Assembly (NCBI RefSeq): GCF_009914755.1 | Contig: NC_060929.1 | Length of the DNA stretch: 64,000 bases | Reading direction: 5' to 3' (one strand) | Origin: the human T2T-CHM13v2.0 reference genome, Homo sapiens | In this document: one piece after another, positions 17,193 through 34,023 of the stretch | How positions within the stretch are numbered: position 1 is the stretch's first letter | Layout: every line of letters starts with the position of its first letter | The notes under the pieces: model-generated | The model's input: the letters and a program-made list of their open reading frames with translations, nothing else | What the model was told of the DNA's origin: nothing | Database searches by the model: none | Position numbers and translations under genes: made by a program

Positions 17193-17322
17193 ACCGGCCT
17201 TATTGTCGCCTGCTACCACGGCTTTGTGGATACCGTGGTGGCCTTAGCAGAGTGCCCCCACGTTGACGTCAACTGGCAGGACAGCGAGGGGAACACAGCC
17301 CTAATCACAGCTGCACAGGCAG
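17193..17322 (+). CDS. ANKRD33B: ANKRD33B internal coding exon (130 nt; probably exon 2), ankyrin repeat
   Basis: Pyrimidine tract cttcccctcttcatttctAG at 17191-92 and GTaag donor at 17323. Translates [44 protein letters not shown] (ankyrin D-x-x-G-x-T-A-L signature). Phase 0 to 1, joins the next exon in frame. The first exon lies upstream of the window. Confidence 0.95.
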
Positions 17323-18589
17323 GTAAGAGCTGGCTTTCCCCTTTCCTCTCAGAGCCGTGGCCAGAGCACCGCCGCCGGGCAGCCCGGGCTCCCGTTGCGA
17401 TGCAGTCAGGATGGAAATGATCAGAGACCATGTCCTGCTACCAAGGGGTGCCAGGGAAGGGCTGATTGCTGTGACCACACGCTATGCATTTACCCACTTG
17501 TTCAGAATTCAGTATGGGCAGATCAAGCTCCGATACTGCCCAAAGTTTTTGAATATGAATCTGTACCAGAAAGCCACCCTTGTCACCGCTTCACCTGAAG
17601 CCTCACACTCCATCCTGCTCCCGAAGACTGGGGGTGGCACGAGGCTGGCAGACCCACCAGTGGAAGAGACACAATCATGTGTCTCAGTGATAGTTAATCA
17701 TGAAAGTAGACACGTGTAGAAGGTGACTTTGCACTTCACCTGTAGAGTTAAAGAAACGCCAGGAACTGTTTCTGAGAGCTGTTAGAGTATCCGTGTAACA
17801 AGCTGAGATGAAGTCAGTGGGAGCATCTTGTGAGCGGGTATCCAAGCATGTGGCCCTCAGCCCATCAGTCATCAAGAAGACAGTGCTTATGTCAATATTG
17901 CCAAGTGCATTGCGACTCTCCTGCTTTGGAACTGTATCCAGACATTTTTTTGAGGACAGACATGAAACCTATGCTTGCCTCTTCATAATCACACTTCATT
18001 TGGAACAGTGGTCTTGACCAGGTTTATCACTGACCCCTTTCACATTTCTTTGCCTCCAAAGATTCTGTCTGTTTCATCGGTCAAGTTCTCAGTTGCAAGC
18101 AAAGAAGCTGCCTGCAGCTGAGCCAGGAAGAACAGGCGCTTGTGTGTTGAAGGAAGGAGGGGAAGCTTACACGGTTGTCGGGTTGTTGAGAATCCCACTC
18201 AGGGCCTGGAAACTGGAGGAAGTGCCCCCGACCACACTGTATGTTGATTCTGGTTGGGAAATGGCTGTTGCTGTCACCAAAAGGAGACCTCCTTGTCCCT
18301 TGTTGCTTCACAAGCTCCTGGACCAAAGCCACCCTGGGTGGATCTGATGGGTGGGGGGCCAGGGAGGCTGGAAAACCAGTGTTTGACAGTTTCATCCCCT
18401 GTGGTGGGAGTGGTCTGGGCACCCTACTTTTCAATCAAGACGAATAGAGTGGGGGAACTCTTCAAACTTAGAAAGGGCCAGGGGCTGTGCTAACATGTGT
18501 TCACCTCCTCAGGTTTCGAAGCGTGAGGCATCACTTCCATGGAGGGTTCCAGGCTTTGAAAACCTAGCAAGAGTGTGAAAGGGCTTTGT

Positions 18590-19400
18590 AAGGCATTCAG
18601 TGATTCGTTTCCTCTCGTGGGCCAGCTGCCATGTCAGGGACCAAGGATACAGAAGTGCAGGGCAGCCCCGTCCTTGAGTAATTCTGCAGCTCATGGGACA
18701 CAGAAACACACGAAGCCCAGCACCATCTGTCTGCCGGAGCTTGGTGCTGTGGGATGAGAACACTCTATCTAGCCTGAAGTTCATGATAAGGTCTTGCAAG
18801 AAAGGGATTTGAGCTGGGGCTGAGAGGGAGCCAGGCAGTTCTCAGGAATGGCGAGTCTTAGGGACAGTGTAGGTGGGCATGGCTGTAGGATGGCGTGTGT
18901 CTAGGAGAGATGAGGGAAGGATGGGGACCAGACCATTAAGGGTCTAAGCCCAATGCAAGGGAATGTATTTCAGTAGCGTGAGGCTGCGTGAGTGGTGACA
19001 GGGGTGAGAGGATCCCAGGGGCGTAGCAGAGGGCTCAGAGCACAGGGAAGGGCCGGGAGCTGTGTGGCTAGAAACACAGTTGGCGGTGGTGGTGATGCGG
19101 GCCATGGAGGAGAGCTGGGGGTCTAGGATGGCTTTGGGCTTTGGGACAGGGGATAACACCAACTGCAAAGGGCATATAAGTAAAAGAAGATGAATGGGAG
19201 GAACATTGGTTTTGAGCTGGCTATCATGACTTTGAAATGCTCTGAGACCTCTAAGTAAAGAGGTCTCCATGGCAAGTCAGGAAGAGAAGGAGCTCCAAAA
19301 TCTGGTCCCTGCTAGAAATACAGATGAGGGACAGGTGTTGCTGGTGAGAGCTGGGACAAGGATTAGGTCATGACAATATGAGAATGTACGATAAGAGGGG
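18590..19400 (-). mobile_element. L2 LINE fragment
   Basis: Purine-rich reverse L2-like sequence (cattcagtgattc...aggatacagaagtg...). Confidence 0.5.
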
Positions 19401-19519
19401 ATTTCTTTTCTTACTGATCTGCCAGAGCTCTTTGTGCGTTAGAGATAATAGCTGTGCTTTGATACCCATGAGGTGCTTTCCAGAGTCTTGCCTGTTTGCA
19501 GGTGTTTTGATTTTATATT

Positions 19520-20400
19520 CACCCATGATTGTTTCTTCAGAGTCAGGAGCACATCGTATATTTTTGGCAAGAATATGGCATTGGCCATGATATGTCCTTG
19601 GTGTGTCCTATCAGGACACATACTGCCAGTGTGTCCTGGTGTGGGTGATGCTAAATTTGACGAACTGCTTACATTTCTCCATTTTAAAGGCAGATATTTC
19701 CCCTCTGTAATTAGTAAGTAATCTGCAAGGTGATACTTAGAGATTGTATGAATATCCTGTTTCCCCACCAGTTTTTGCCATTGATAATCCTTTTCTGAAT
19801 CATTTATTTTACACTTATTATCTGATATTTTTCTATAAAGAAGAGCTTTCCTTTAGCCCCACCCTTTTTTTGGTACCATTACTCATTTTTTAAAAATCTC
19901 GTGTGTTCTACTTCAATAACGCCTTTGTTCTTTTCAGTGCTGAAGTTATCCCAAACCCAGCCAGTTGGTAACCCTGAAGATGGCTCCAGTGTCCTTTTGT
20001 CATATTTCTGTCAGTTTTGAGTATTTTCTTGATTTATGGCACACCAAAGTGTTCCACATTCTCCCTGGACTTTCCCAGTCCCTGTCTGTAACCAGCTGTA
20101 TCTTCAAGGAATGATAGTTCTTTTTTTAGTGAGGAATGGTATTTAGAAACCAAAATCTGGACTCTAGCTGTGCTCATTCACACTAAATGTTATTGCTTCT
20201 AGGCATTTCAGTGAGCAGAGTTAGAAAAAAAAATATTTAAAAAATAAGGATACCTCCAATCCAAATGCAACACCATAGTATTCCTCCTCTTCACCCTTTC
20301 CATATGCTTCCCCCATTCTTTGTCGGCAAGAAACCTGGTTTGCAGCAATCACAATGCATTTACCCATTTTCCTGTCCTACGACAAATGTGCACAAAGTGG
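19520..20400 (-). mobile_element. L1MC4/5-like 3' fragment
   Basis: atttttggcaagaatat...ggtgatgctaaatttga...gtaattagtaagtaa...aagaagagctttcc. Confidence 0.65.
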
Positions 20401-20641
20401 TGATACTAAAGGATAATTTTCAAAAGCTTAAAAATTTGACTCTTAGGTGGACAGAAAGTGAAAACTCATTAATTAGTGATGGGCTAGTAATTAGTTAAGG
20501 CCAGTTCAAAGGAAATTTGAAGAACAGGCACATAGAGGCAATCACAAATGCTGAAATACATCTGCTAATAGATGCAAAACTGGTTAATATCCTATAAGGC
20601 AATAGAATATAATGTTGTGGGTTATCTTTTCTATAAGGTGA

Positions 20642-20966
20642 TGTTATGGACTGAATGTTTATGTCCTCCCCCTCAAATTCATATGTTAAAACCCCAACTC
20701 CCAATGTGATGCATTAGAAGGTGGGGATTTGGGGAAGTAATTAAGTTTAGATGAGATCATGAGAGTAGGGCCACCATGATGGGATTAGTGTCCTTATAAG
20801 AAGAGGAAGAGACCAGAGCTCGCTCCTTCCCCACCATGTAAGGACACAGTGAGAAGACAGCTGCCTGCAAACAGGAGGAGGAGCCTCCAGAACTGTGAGA
20901 AATAAATGTCTATTGTTTAAGCCACCTAGTCTATGGTATTTTGTCATAGCAGCCTGAGCTATAACA
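20642..20966 (+). mobile_element. MaLR LTR (MLT1A/MSTD-like)
   Basis: tgttatggactgaatgtt...aattcatatgttaaaacc...gaaataaatgtctattgtttaagccacc...aca. Confidence 0.8.
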
Positions 20967-22299
20967 GGAAGTAAATTATATCTCTACCAGATACAATGCA
21001 ATTGCCTTGCTGTGGACAATCAGTTTTACAGCTTAACTTCTAACCTTGTAGAGTTGTGGAGCAGCCTAGGAACTGAATACTGCCAGAGGGTCCCCTGGAC
21101 AGCACCCAGAACCCCACATCCAGCACCAGCACTTCCCTGGAGGGAAAAGAGACCCAGTCACCTCATTAGCTCAGTTTCCAGCTATGAACAGTTTTTTTTT
21201 AACCAAAGAATCAGAAATTAGAATACCACCACTGCTACCAGCATCAGACCTAAGTAAAAGCCCATATTTCTTTGTGGTTGTTTTCTTCCAACATATTCTA
21301 CCAAAAGTTATTGGTCTTATAGCACCATATTCAAAAACGCGGTTAAATTTTTTTAACTTTATGCAGTCTCTCCAGATTTCAAATTGCTTCCCTTTCCACA
21401 AATGCTTATGTTTTTCACTGAGTCAGTGACCTATTGAATTTTTCTAAGAATATGGATTGTTAAAATTTGAAAAATGTTCTTTTGCTTCTTGCAATAAACC
21501 AATTTCATTTTTTAAATTGTTTCCTAGGCACTAGACAACCGGGGAGCAATCGATCTATTTCAGATGAAGATGCTGCCCTGAAACCTGTAGCCCAGCCCCT
21601 TCTTTTTGAATCTCACTGTCTTTACAGTGATCCAGGGTTGTTTTTTGTTTTTGCTTTTTTTTTTTTTTTTTTTTTTTTCTGGCTTGCTCATTCTTCTGCA
21701 GGGACTGTGCTCATCCTTCTCTGGTTTATTTTAAGTCAAGGATGACACAGGTCCTCTTGGAGATTGGAGGGCTCTCTGGCAAAGGAAGAAGGAAAGGGCT
21801 CCAGCTGATTTCCATCCAGGCTCAGTGCCCAGCAGCCTGGGGCGTGGTGGGAAGAACTCGGGTCCAGGTGCAGGCCCCGCAGCCACTCCCCTCCTGGGCT
21901 GTGTAGTTTTACTTCCAAGTTGAGTGTGGCATGGGAGCCTGTAACAACCAAGGAGCAGCCCCCACCCTTTGCCTGGTGGGACCTCAGGGGGAAGGTGGCC
22001 TCGGGAGCTTAGTGCCCTCCCTGGCCTCATGTGCCTGGAGTGTTGAAAAATGGCATCAGTGGGTCTCAAAGCGTCCCCATAGACCACCTCTCCTTTTCTG
22101 CCCTTCTATCTGTGGGGCATTGCCGGAATTTTGCAGGGTTCACTGAATTAGGTGTAATACCCCATCCTCCTCATCAACAGAGGCCTGTCCCTGCCATCTT
22201 CCTTAAGGAACAGAAATTGGGTGGTGTCCCTCGATGGTTCTAGTCACACTCCTGGCTTCTCTCTGTTGCCTTTGGTCACAGATGGTGTCTTCATCTGCT

Positions 22300-22480
22300 T
22301 AGGCTGTGATAAAGGAAATAAGCAGCTCTCTGGGGCCTCTTTTGTGAGGGCACTAATCCCACCACGAGGACCCCTCCGTCAGGACCTAATCACCTCCGAA
22401 AGCCACCTGCTGTAGTGTCATCCTGGAGGCAGGATTTTCGCACAGGAATTTCGGAGGACAGAAACATTCAGACTGTGGCA
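22300..22480 (-). mobile_element. MaLR LTR fragment
   Basis: ctctctggggcctc...ggcactaatccc...acctaatcacctcc...aacattcagactgtggca. Confidence 0.65.
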
Positions 22481-22983
22481 GGTGGGAAGTTGGATAGGAG
22501 GGAAGATTCCTGTGTTCTCAGCTCTCTTGGGAGCTGGCCCACCCAGGGGTAGCCGTGCTGCCAGACAGAGCTGGAGTCCAAGTCAGGTAGCAGGATCGGG
22601 TGGCCGGGGTATGTACCAGGGTCTGGGCTATCCTGAGGGCAGCATCACAGCTGGAAACCTGCCTGGGTGGACAGGAGGAGGCGGGCAGAGGCCTCAGCCA
22701 TTATCCTGCTTCCTCCACTTGGCCTGGCTGATGTTCTTGGAGGCTGATTTTAAAATACAATACACAGTGTTTGGGGGGAAAATGACCCCACATGAGCAAG
22801 GAAATTAGAGGTGAATACCTCTTCCACCTCACTGTCAGCCCTCTCTTCAGTCTGCTCTCTGGAGATAACTGTTGTTAATGATTTGATGCCTAGATGGGTT
22901 TACTCTGCCTTTTCAATTTAAATAAAATCATTATTATAATGTATTTTTTCTTCTTGTTTTCTTTCGTTCTTTCTTTCTTTTCT

Positions 22984-23281
22984 TTTTTTTTTTTTTTTTG
23001 AGTCTGAGTCTTGCTCTATCGCCCAGGCTGGGGTGCAGTGGCACAATCTCAGCTCTCTACAACCTCTGCTTCCCAGGTTCAAGCGATTCTCTTGCCTCAG
23101 CCTCCCGAGTAGCTGAGATTATAGGCGCCAGTCACCGTGCCCAGCTACTTCTTGTATTTTCAGCAGAGGCGGGGTTTCACCATGTAGGCCAGACTGGTTT
23201 CGAACTCCTGACCTCAAGTGATCCGCCCACCTTGGCCTCCCAAAGTGCTGGAATTACAGGCGTGAGCCGCCGGGCCTGGCC
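22984..23281 (-). mobile_element. Alu (AluS-like)
   Basis: Reverse dimer after a (CTTT)n/T tract. Confidence 0.92.
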
Positions 23282-23612
23282 TTTTTTTTCTTTTTTACTG
23301 GCTTTTGTTATCTTCCCCTACTTACTGATTTGCTTGAGCTCTCTGTGGCCGCCACTGTGTGCACCCACCCTCTGGCCTGGGCTCTGATCCCTGGACACCC
23401 AACCTAGGCTGCTGCCTGAGGCTTTGGGACTGAATTGTTGAGGTTGCATACGGAGGCAGAGGGGAGAGGGACTTTACACCATTTAAACAAACACAGATTA
23501 AAAAGCTTCCTTGTGTGTGTCTTAATTGCCTCAATGTGCCGAAGAGATTTTCCCTAATTTCTTTCTGAACCTCCAGGGGCTGCCCCTGTCCCCATGGGCA
23601 TAGTTTCCTTAG

Positions 23613-23825
23613 ACACTGGCTCCCAACCTTGCGCCTCCGGCGTCAGCATCACCTGGGCTGGCTCATGTGAGCATTAACACAGATCTGGTGGAAACACAGA
23701 CTGCCAGGCCCTGCCCCTGGAGTCTTTCTTTGAATAGGCCTGGGGTGGGGCCCAAGAATGAGCAGATCAACAGGTTTCCTGGTGAGGCTGATGCCACTGG
23801 CCCAGGGACCCCACATTGAGGATGG
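23613..23825. mobile_element. MER5A-like DNA transposon
   Basis: cagcatcacctggg...taggcctggggtggggcccaagaat...ggtgaggctgatgcc...gggaccccacattgag. Confidence 0.65.
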
Positions 23826-24846
23826 AGAGCTTTGAAGATTTTATGCCTGATGACGGCAAAGGACCCCTCTCAGTGGGCACTGAAGACCAGCAGAGTCACA
23901 GACCCCACGAGAGATGTTGTCAGACAGACACAGAGGCATCACGGAATTAAAGTGAAAATGAGGAAGGCAGGTGAGCATGTGTTCATGACTTTCCTGTGCT
24001 GTTTTGCCAAAGAGGCTGTTTAGGCCCAATCAGGTGATGTCCCATTTTAATCAATTTCATAACCAGTTTTATTTCTTTGATGATTTGTTAATTTCAAAAG
24101 CTGTCCATGCATATTTGCTTACAGCCAAAAATGACTACAAAAGTATTATCAGGGAGGAAGAAAAAGATCCCTTCTCTGTCTTCCAAATATTCCAGCTCCC
24201 TTATCAGCACTCAGGAGTCACCTCTTCAGACCTCATTCAGTCCTTTCCAAACACACACATATGTATGTGCGCTTTGTATTCACATGACTGGGCTAGTGCT
24301 GTTGAGACTGTGTTTTTAGTGGTTTTGTTCACATGGTTATTAATCTAGAAGCTCCTGCTGTGTCGGTGTCCCTGAGCCCTGCCAGGCGCTCGTAGCCCTG
24401 CCTTCCTGCACGGGGATGTGTGGCTCATGCCCGGTTCCCCACCAAGACTTCAAATTTGAGAGGCTGCGTTATGACTGGCCTTCACTCACTGTGGTGGACC
24501 CGGCTCTTAGGCCAGTCCTTGAACATGAAGTACTTGCTTCTTAAATATTTGTTGGAAAAGAGGATATTGTGTAAAATGCATGAACCGTGGTATACTTAAC
24601 TGTCCCAGTTACTGGACAGGTGGGCTTTTGAGTTAATCAACGGCAGCAAGGCTGTAGTGAAGTCTTTGGATCTGGGGTGCATCTCTGAGGAGAGCGTGTT
24701 AGGATCCTGGCAGCTTGAAGCATGTTGAGTGACAGGTGGTCTCAGAGGGCTGAACAGAGGAGTTGATGAGGGCCTGTCAATTACGGGGGGAAGGGTAGAG
24801 TTAAGGGAACCAACATTGAAAGGATTAAGGGGAGGGACTCTGCAGA

Positions 24847-24953
24847 GAGTGACCCAGCCCAAGAAGCTGGAACCCGAGAGGCAGCCTCGGCCTAGAACCC
24901 GAGTGACACAGGCCAAGAAGCTGGAACCCGAGAGGCAGCCTCGGCCTAGAACC
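24847..24953. repeat. 54-bp tandem duplication (2 copies)
   Basis: gagtgacccagcccaagaagctggaacccgagaggcagcctcggcctagaaccc followed by a near-identical copy. Confidence 0.95.
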
Positions 24954-27003
24954 GCAGCCAGGGGCCGGAGTGGGAGGCAGGGCCAGATGTCCCGCTCCTT
25001 CCACCCTGGTCCCCTGCTGAGCCAACCCAGAAACCTCATTGGGGCGGAAACTGGGCAGGTGCTGTTGGTGCAGGTCAGCTTCCTAGGCCGAAAGCAGGGC
25101 AAGGAAGAGGAGAAGCAATGTGCAGACACACTCTTAGAACAGAATTGCTTCAGCAAGGGCTGTGCCTGTTTTAAGTGTATGCAGCTGCCAAGTGGTCTTT
25201 AGAAAGCTGTGGCGATTTCTCCTTTCCCCTGAGTGTCCAAGAGTGTTCTTGCAAGCCCTGGCTGAGATCAGTCTTTTCAGTATTTCCCTACTCAAATGAA
25301 CCAAAACTCTGGTTTTCAGTTGTATTTCCCCAGCTCTCTTTTGAGCCTAGTACCTGTTAGGATGCTTTTGGCTTCAACCACAAGGACACTGCCTTCTCTT
25401 GCAACACAAGACATCTGCGGGCGATGTTGCAGGGTTGCTTCACTGAGTAGCTGGGTGATGCTGGGACCTAGAGCCACTTCTCAGAAATACATTCGCTTTT
25501 TCCTTCATGGTCCCAAGGTGGCCCCAGCTGCTAGAAGTGCCACGGCTTCACGTTGCAACACTCAGGGACATCAAGGAAGAGGAGCAAATCCCTGTCGGCG
25601 TTTCCCTTTATAAGACAGGAAAACATTTCCAGAAGGCTCCAGCAGAGTATCGTTGCCATCTCACCAACCAGGGTTGCGTCACAAGCCCGTGCCAAACCAG
25701 TGATGGAGGATGGCTTGTGTAGACAGCAGTCGCACTAAGCAGAATCAGCATTGTGAAGCGCAATCTTAAAGCAACCATATGTTTATATTATTTGCTATGG
25801 CAACTGGGTTGGTTGTCTGAGAGTTGGAAGCTCTGGGTTTCTGGAGGACACAGCATTTATGAGTACGAATTCGGATGCAAATGCCTTCATCTGCCTTTTG
25901 AGTGTTCTCTAAAAAGTCTAATTTCCTCGGCTATTTAATGCACAATAAAAATACAGCCAAATCTGTACTAGGTCTGTAAATGGAGAGAACGTTTGAAAAT
26001 AAATCCCCATGTAATCCCTAAGTCTCATTTAGCCAGTCATTTCAACTTTCACCACCGCTCCACTAACAAAAATAAAATAAGATAACCAAAGAAAGGAACA
26101 AGAAGTCCCATGGATAGAGTTGTGTGTTTATTTCTGTTTCCTTGTTGTGCTTTAACAGAATAGCATGGACGTGGTAAAGTGAGGAAACACCAGGGGTCTC
26201 TTTGAGCTGGTGATGGGATACAGCACGTGAAGCTTGTTTTGGGTATAAGGAACCTCTGATGTGTGCTTGCAACTTGTTATTTCTTGCATTTAATTGTAAA
26301 ATTCTGAGGCTACGTGCTGAGAGCCAGCCTGGCAGGATGCTGCCCGGGGACGGGGACAGAACGGGAGGGATTCTCAGGGGCAGCTGTGGGTTTGGGCTGC
26401 GGGGGAGCCCTGGTTCCTGAGCTGAATCGGGGAGAGTCCCAGTTCAGAGGAGAATTTATGACTTGGTCAGAACCCAGGAACAATGCCTCTTCATGTTATT
26501 TATCTTATTTTATTAGCAGTGCACACGATCACGATCTTAGTGTGATCTCATTGTGATGTTCATGTTGTTTTGAAGTGCTTCCTTTTTTCTCAGTTTATAC
26601 CGTTTCAAATAAGAGAGTAGAACTTGGTGAGTCTCGGTTTCCCAGCGTTGCCTTATCTTTTCCTGTGAGCTTTTCTGAGCTCTTCTGATTGGCCATGGCA
26701 GCGCCACACCCCTGCCCGCTGGCCAGCCAGGAGGGCTCCTCAGCCAGCTTGGGGCTTGCCTGGCTCCTCCTTCAGACCCCTGCCTGCCCTGCAAAGAGCA
26801 GGGATGCTGCCCTCCCCTACTAACCCTGCCCCTCCATCTGCATGGTAAATGCCTTATGCTAAGAATTCCTGGAGTCTGTTCATGCCGCGTGGCTGGTATG
26901 ATGTCATATTTCCAAAGCCGACAGCTCCCTCTACTGGCCTGGTCTGGAGAACTGCAGTTTGAGTGCCTTGAGTCAGTCAATCTTAGACAACCCAATTCTG
27001 TAA

Positions 27004-27333
<330 letters not shown>

Positions 27334-27334
27334 A

Positions 27335-27493
27335 GCCCAGCTAATTTTTATTTTTTGAGATGGGATCTTGCCATGTTGCCCAGGCTTGTATCTAACTCCT
27401 AAGCTCAAGTGATCCTCTAGCCTCAGCCTCCCTGGCCTCTTCGGGCCTTGGCCTCTCTGCTGGGATTACAGGCACGAGCCACCTTGCCCACCC
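27335..27493 (-). mobile_element. Alu left monomer (J/FLAM-like) with a small insertion
   Basis: cccagctaattttt...ctcaagtgatcctc...ctgggattacaggcacgagccacc. Confidence 0.75.
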
Positions 27494-27549
27494 TGATACT
27501 TTCAATAAATAAACTTTTCCCAAAGGAGTGGTAGGAATGTTTCAGCCTT

Positions 27550-28960
27550 TTCATCTAATGCATATTTATTGAGCACCCCAGAGCATGCAGTCAGTTGGAA
27601 GTTTTAAGCATGTGAGCTGGGTAACGAGGGCTGTGGCGGCTGTGGGAACCCATATATGCATGGGAACGTGGACGATGAGACACCGTGGGTCAAGGGGCAC
27701 CAGGGAAGACCTGGAGTTGGAAGGGATGGCTCATCAGGTCACCAAGTAAAAAGAGGAGGCAGAATATTCCAGGTAGAGGGACTCCTTGTGCAGAGGCCAC
27801 TAGATTAGAGGAAGTGTGGCTCATGAGTGAATTACACGGAATGCTGGCTGTTTGACCATAAAGTGGATTGGGAGGGCATTGGCGGTGAGAGCTGAGGGTG
27901 AAGAGGTAAAAACCAGCTCATTGAAGAGTTGAGACCTCATCTAAAGAGCAGAGCCCATGGAGAGTTTCGGATGAGTAGTGGGGATGGTCAGAGGCCCCTG
28001 TTGGTGTCACCGTGCTGCTGGTGTGGAGAATGAATGGGGGCAGAAGTGGGACAAAGGAGGCTAGTCAGGACAGGAGCTGTGGCCCCATGGGGACGTGGTA
28101 GCCCAGGTCAGGGATGGAGAAACAAAGACAGTTTTAGGAAATTTAAACTTTTTTTTGTAGAGATGAGGTCTTGCCATGCTGCCTATGCTGCTCTCAAATT
28201 CCCGTGCTCAAGTGATGTCAGAGGTGCAGTTGGCAGAATGTGGTGATTGCTTGGGTGAGGGAGGATGTGGAGGGCTTGAGACTGAGTCCAGCCGTCTGGC
28301 TTGGGTGATGGGGTGACTGGTGGTGTTCATCACTGAATAAGGGATGTGGGAGAGGAGTAGCTTCGGAGGAAAGATGTTTTGGGTTTGATGCATTGAGTTT
28401 GTAGGATACCCATGATGAAATACTCAGTAGACAGATACTCAGGTAAAAAACTGAAGAAAAGAGATAGAACTGGAAAGAGTTGATGTGGAAGCTTTAGAGC
28501 TGAAACTTGGATCCACAGGAGTGTATAGGATCACCAAAGGAGAGTGTATGAGATAAGGAGGGGGCTTAGCAGGCAGCTGAGGAACAGCAGCATTTCAGGA
28601 AGGAGAGAACAGGAGCTCAGAATGTTGAGAGGGCGGAAAATCAGAAGGGTGAGCATCTGCATGTCCATGGAAAGAGCGTGTTTCAGAAAGGATGAAAGAG
28701 AGGAGTGAGTGGGAAATGCTGGGGAGATGTTGAATGTGATGAGAACTGACAAATCACCACTGAGTCTCATTGTAAGAAGGTCACTGGGGACTGCTGGGGG
28801 TGGTTTCAGCAAAGTCAGAGAGTGTCATTAGCAACAGTGAGAGTAGATGGATCTGGAATTGGACTGAAGCGGAGTTGAATGGTTGATGGAGGGTGGCGGG
28901 AACATGAAGACAGGCCCACAGGGGTTGCTGTGAGTCACGTATGCTTTTAAGATGAGAGAC
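27550..28960 (-). mobile_element. L2 LINE fragments (short Alu/FLAM piece at about 28148-28215)
   Basis: Starts catatttattgagcacc (reverse L2 3' end), followed by a long purine-rich L2-like body. Confidence 0.6.
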
Positions 28961-29329
28961 CCTTGAGCATGCATGTCAGCTAGTTATTGCTGTGTAACAA
29001 ACAACTCCCATGCTCTGGGATGTTTTTATTGCTTATGCATCTGTGGATGGGCTGGGGATCCGTTGATCTAAACTGTCCTTGCTCAAGTCTGTGGGCAAGT
29101 CGGGGACCTGTTCTTGGGCACTTCGGCTGGGGCAGCTCTGCTGCATGCATTACTCATCCTCTTCCTGGGAGCAGCGAGCCAGCCTGGGCATGCTCTTCTT
29201 GGGGAGACAGCTGAGGCACAAACATGCATGAAAGTCTGGATAAGTACATTTCAACCTTCTGCTTCCATCACGCCTGCAAACATCCCATCGGCCAAGGTTC
29301 CACTAGACAGAGAACTGGGAAGTCACTTA

Positions 29330-30133
<804 letters not shown>

Positions 30134-30306
30134 GCATTCTGAGGGAAGTGGGTCTGCAAGGAATGAGAGGTTGACGAGAAACAGGAGGGATCTGATAAAT
30201 ATTCCACAGCAGTGGGCAGGGAGTGGCTGTCAAGCACAGGAGGGGAGGAGCAGGGATAAGCCTCCTTCAGCAAGAGGAGAATCCCCTGCGTTTTCAATAG
30301 GAAAAG

Positions 30307-31022
30307 TGAACTGAGGATTGACGAGGTTCATAAACTTGGAAAGAAGAGCTTTCTTCTCATAAAGGGTTGCAGCCTGCAGGGTGGCTATTGTGGCAGGGAA
30401 GCAGCGCCTCTGGCCAGAAGCCAGAAACAGACCCTTCCAGGGGCAGAAGAACAAGACAGAAGAACAATGCATGCTGAAGGAGGTGGCTCAATACACATAT
30501 TCCATAAGCTATGGGAGAAGCATTGAATATCGATGAGAGGAGAAACACGCACGTGTGCAATCGAGCTCCGTGCCTCTCCCTGGGACCTGTGTTCAAAAAG
30601 CAACAGCGTTAGCATGATCTGAGGGTGGAGTTTTCAGGCCCTGACCTCAAAAGGTGAAGCAGAGGACATGAAAACCCTCACTGCGCGTCCTCTGTGGACC
30701 TGCCGGACGCACTCCGAAGCCATGGCCAGTGTCTCTCATGAGGACGGAATGCTGGTCGGTTGTTTCATCCAAATTGCAGAACGGCGGGGCAGCATCAGGC
30801 GGTTGGTTTATATCAGTGGAGGAGTCTTTAGAACGGGCTGGTTTCTGTTTAGACTTAGGAAAGAAAGCCTCACGGTTAGCAAGGAATGGGTATAACGAGG
30901 CGCACTGCCCTTCCATCCTGTCATAGCCAGGACTCAGTTTTCAAGGGTTCTCTGGGGTCCCCTTGGGCAGGAGGGGGTCGGTTCAGTCCGTTGGATGGCT
31001 CAGGATTTCACTTTTCCTTCTC
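30307..31022 (-). mobile_element. ERV1 solo LTR (MER4 group, LTR39-like)
   Basis: The - strand starts gagaaggaaaagtgaaatcctgagcc...ggactgaaccgacccc...ccaaggggaccccagag and ends ...aagctcttctttccaagtttatgaacctcgtca. Confidence 0.65.
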
Positions 31023-31587
31023 GGAGGCCCGTGAATGTGGGCAGCGTGGGGGGCGATGGGGGAAAGCCGAGGGACTTCCCTTCTGGTGGTTTCTGTTCCC
31101 TCTGTGAACTTGAAGATGAGTCATCCAGGAGAGGGGTTTGCGTGAGGTCGGTGACTTCCATGTGAAAAGTTTAACGTTTTCCCCATGGGGCCTGGGGAAG
31201 AGTCAACCGGGAAGCACAGGAGCACTGCTGGGGCAGGCTGAGAAGCCGGTCGGGCCCGGGTGGCGTGGGTGTCCACCTCTCTGTGTCCCCCAACGAAGGC
31301 ACCTTCGCATCCATGCAGAGCGGAACCAGGGGTGCGGCGGGGCCAGGCGTCATTTCCAGCTTTCCTCTTTTGCATACCACAGACCTGTCCATCCACTCAT
31401 TTAGGAGCTCTCTGAATCAAGCACTCCTCTCCCTCCTCCTGCCCGGGGTTGGGGGCTGGGCTCCATCTCTGCCTCCTGAATGCTCCTGTGGCCTCCTGGT
31501 GAGCTCCCCACCACTGGGAGAGCCTCAGGTCCAGGGTGGAGAGGCCCCACACCAGGCCGCACAGCCAGCTGTGAATCATGGTCCTGA

Positions 31588-32900
<1,313 letters not shown>

Positions 32901-33293
32901 TATTCTGCTGGGCACCTTTTACACACAGATTGTCTCCTGTAATTTTCACAAATGGGAGGTTGATATTATCCCTCATTTTACAGATATGGAAAAGCTGACT
33001 TCCAAAAGACACCTGGATTCTGAGTGGCAGGCCTGGGCCTTGAACCTGGCTGTTCTCAGAGCCAGCTCTCTTCAGTACTGAGCTCATTGTCTACACTATG
33101 TTCCAGTGACGCGATTTCATTCAAATTCACTTCCTCCCTGGGTCACTTGTGACCCTCTCTTAAGCAGGGTAGGGCTTATTGGTGGAGAGGGGGTGTTCTC
33201 TAGGTGAACCTACCCTTTAAAAGGGCTTCTCTGAGGATTTCAGGAACCAAGTCCGATTCCATAATGTCCAAGTTGGACTGGGCTCAAACTAGA

Positions 33294-33663
<370 letters not shown>

Positions 33664-33720
33664 TAAAGAAAAGGAAAGCTCCTTTTGGTTACTTATCATG
33701 GTTTTTAAAGAAGAAAGGTT

Positions 33721-34023
<303 letters not shown>

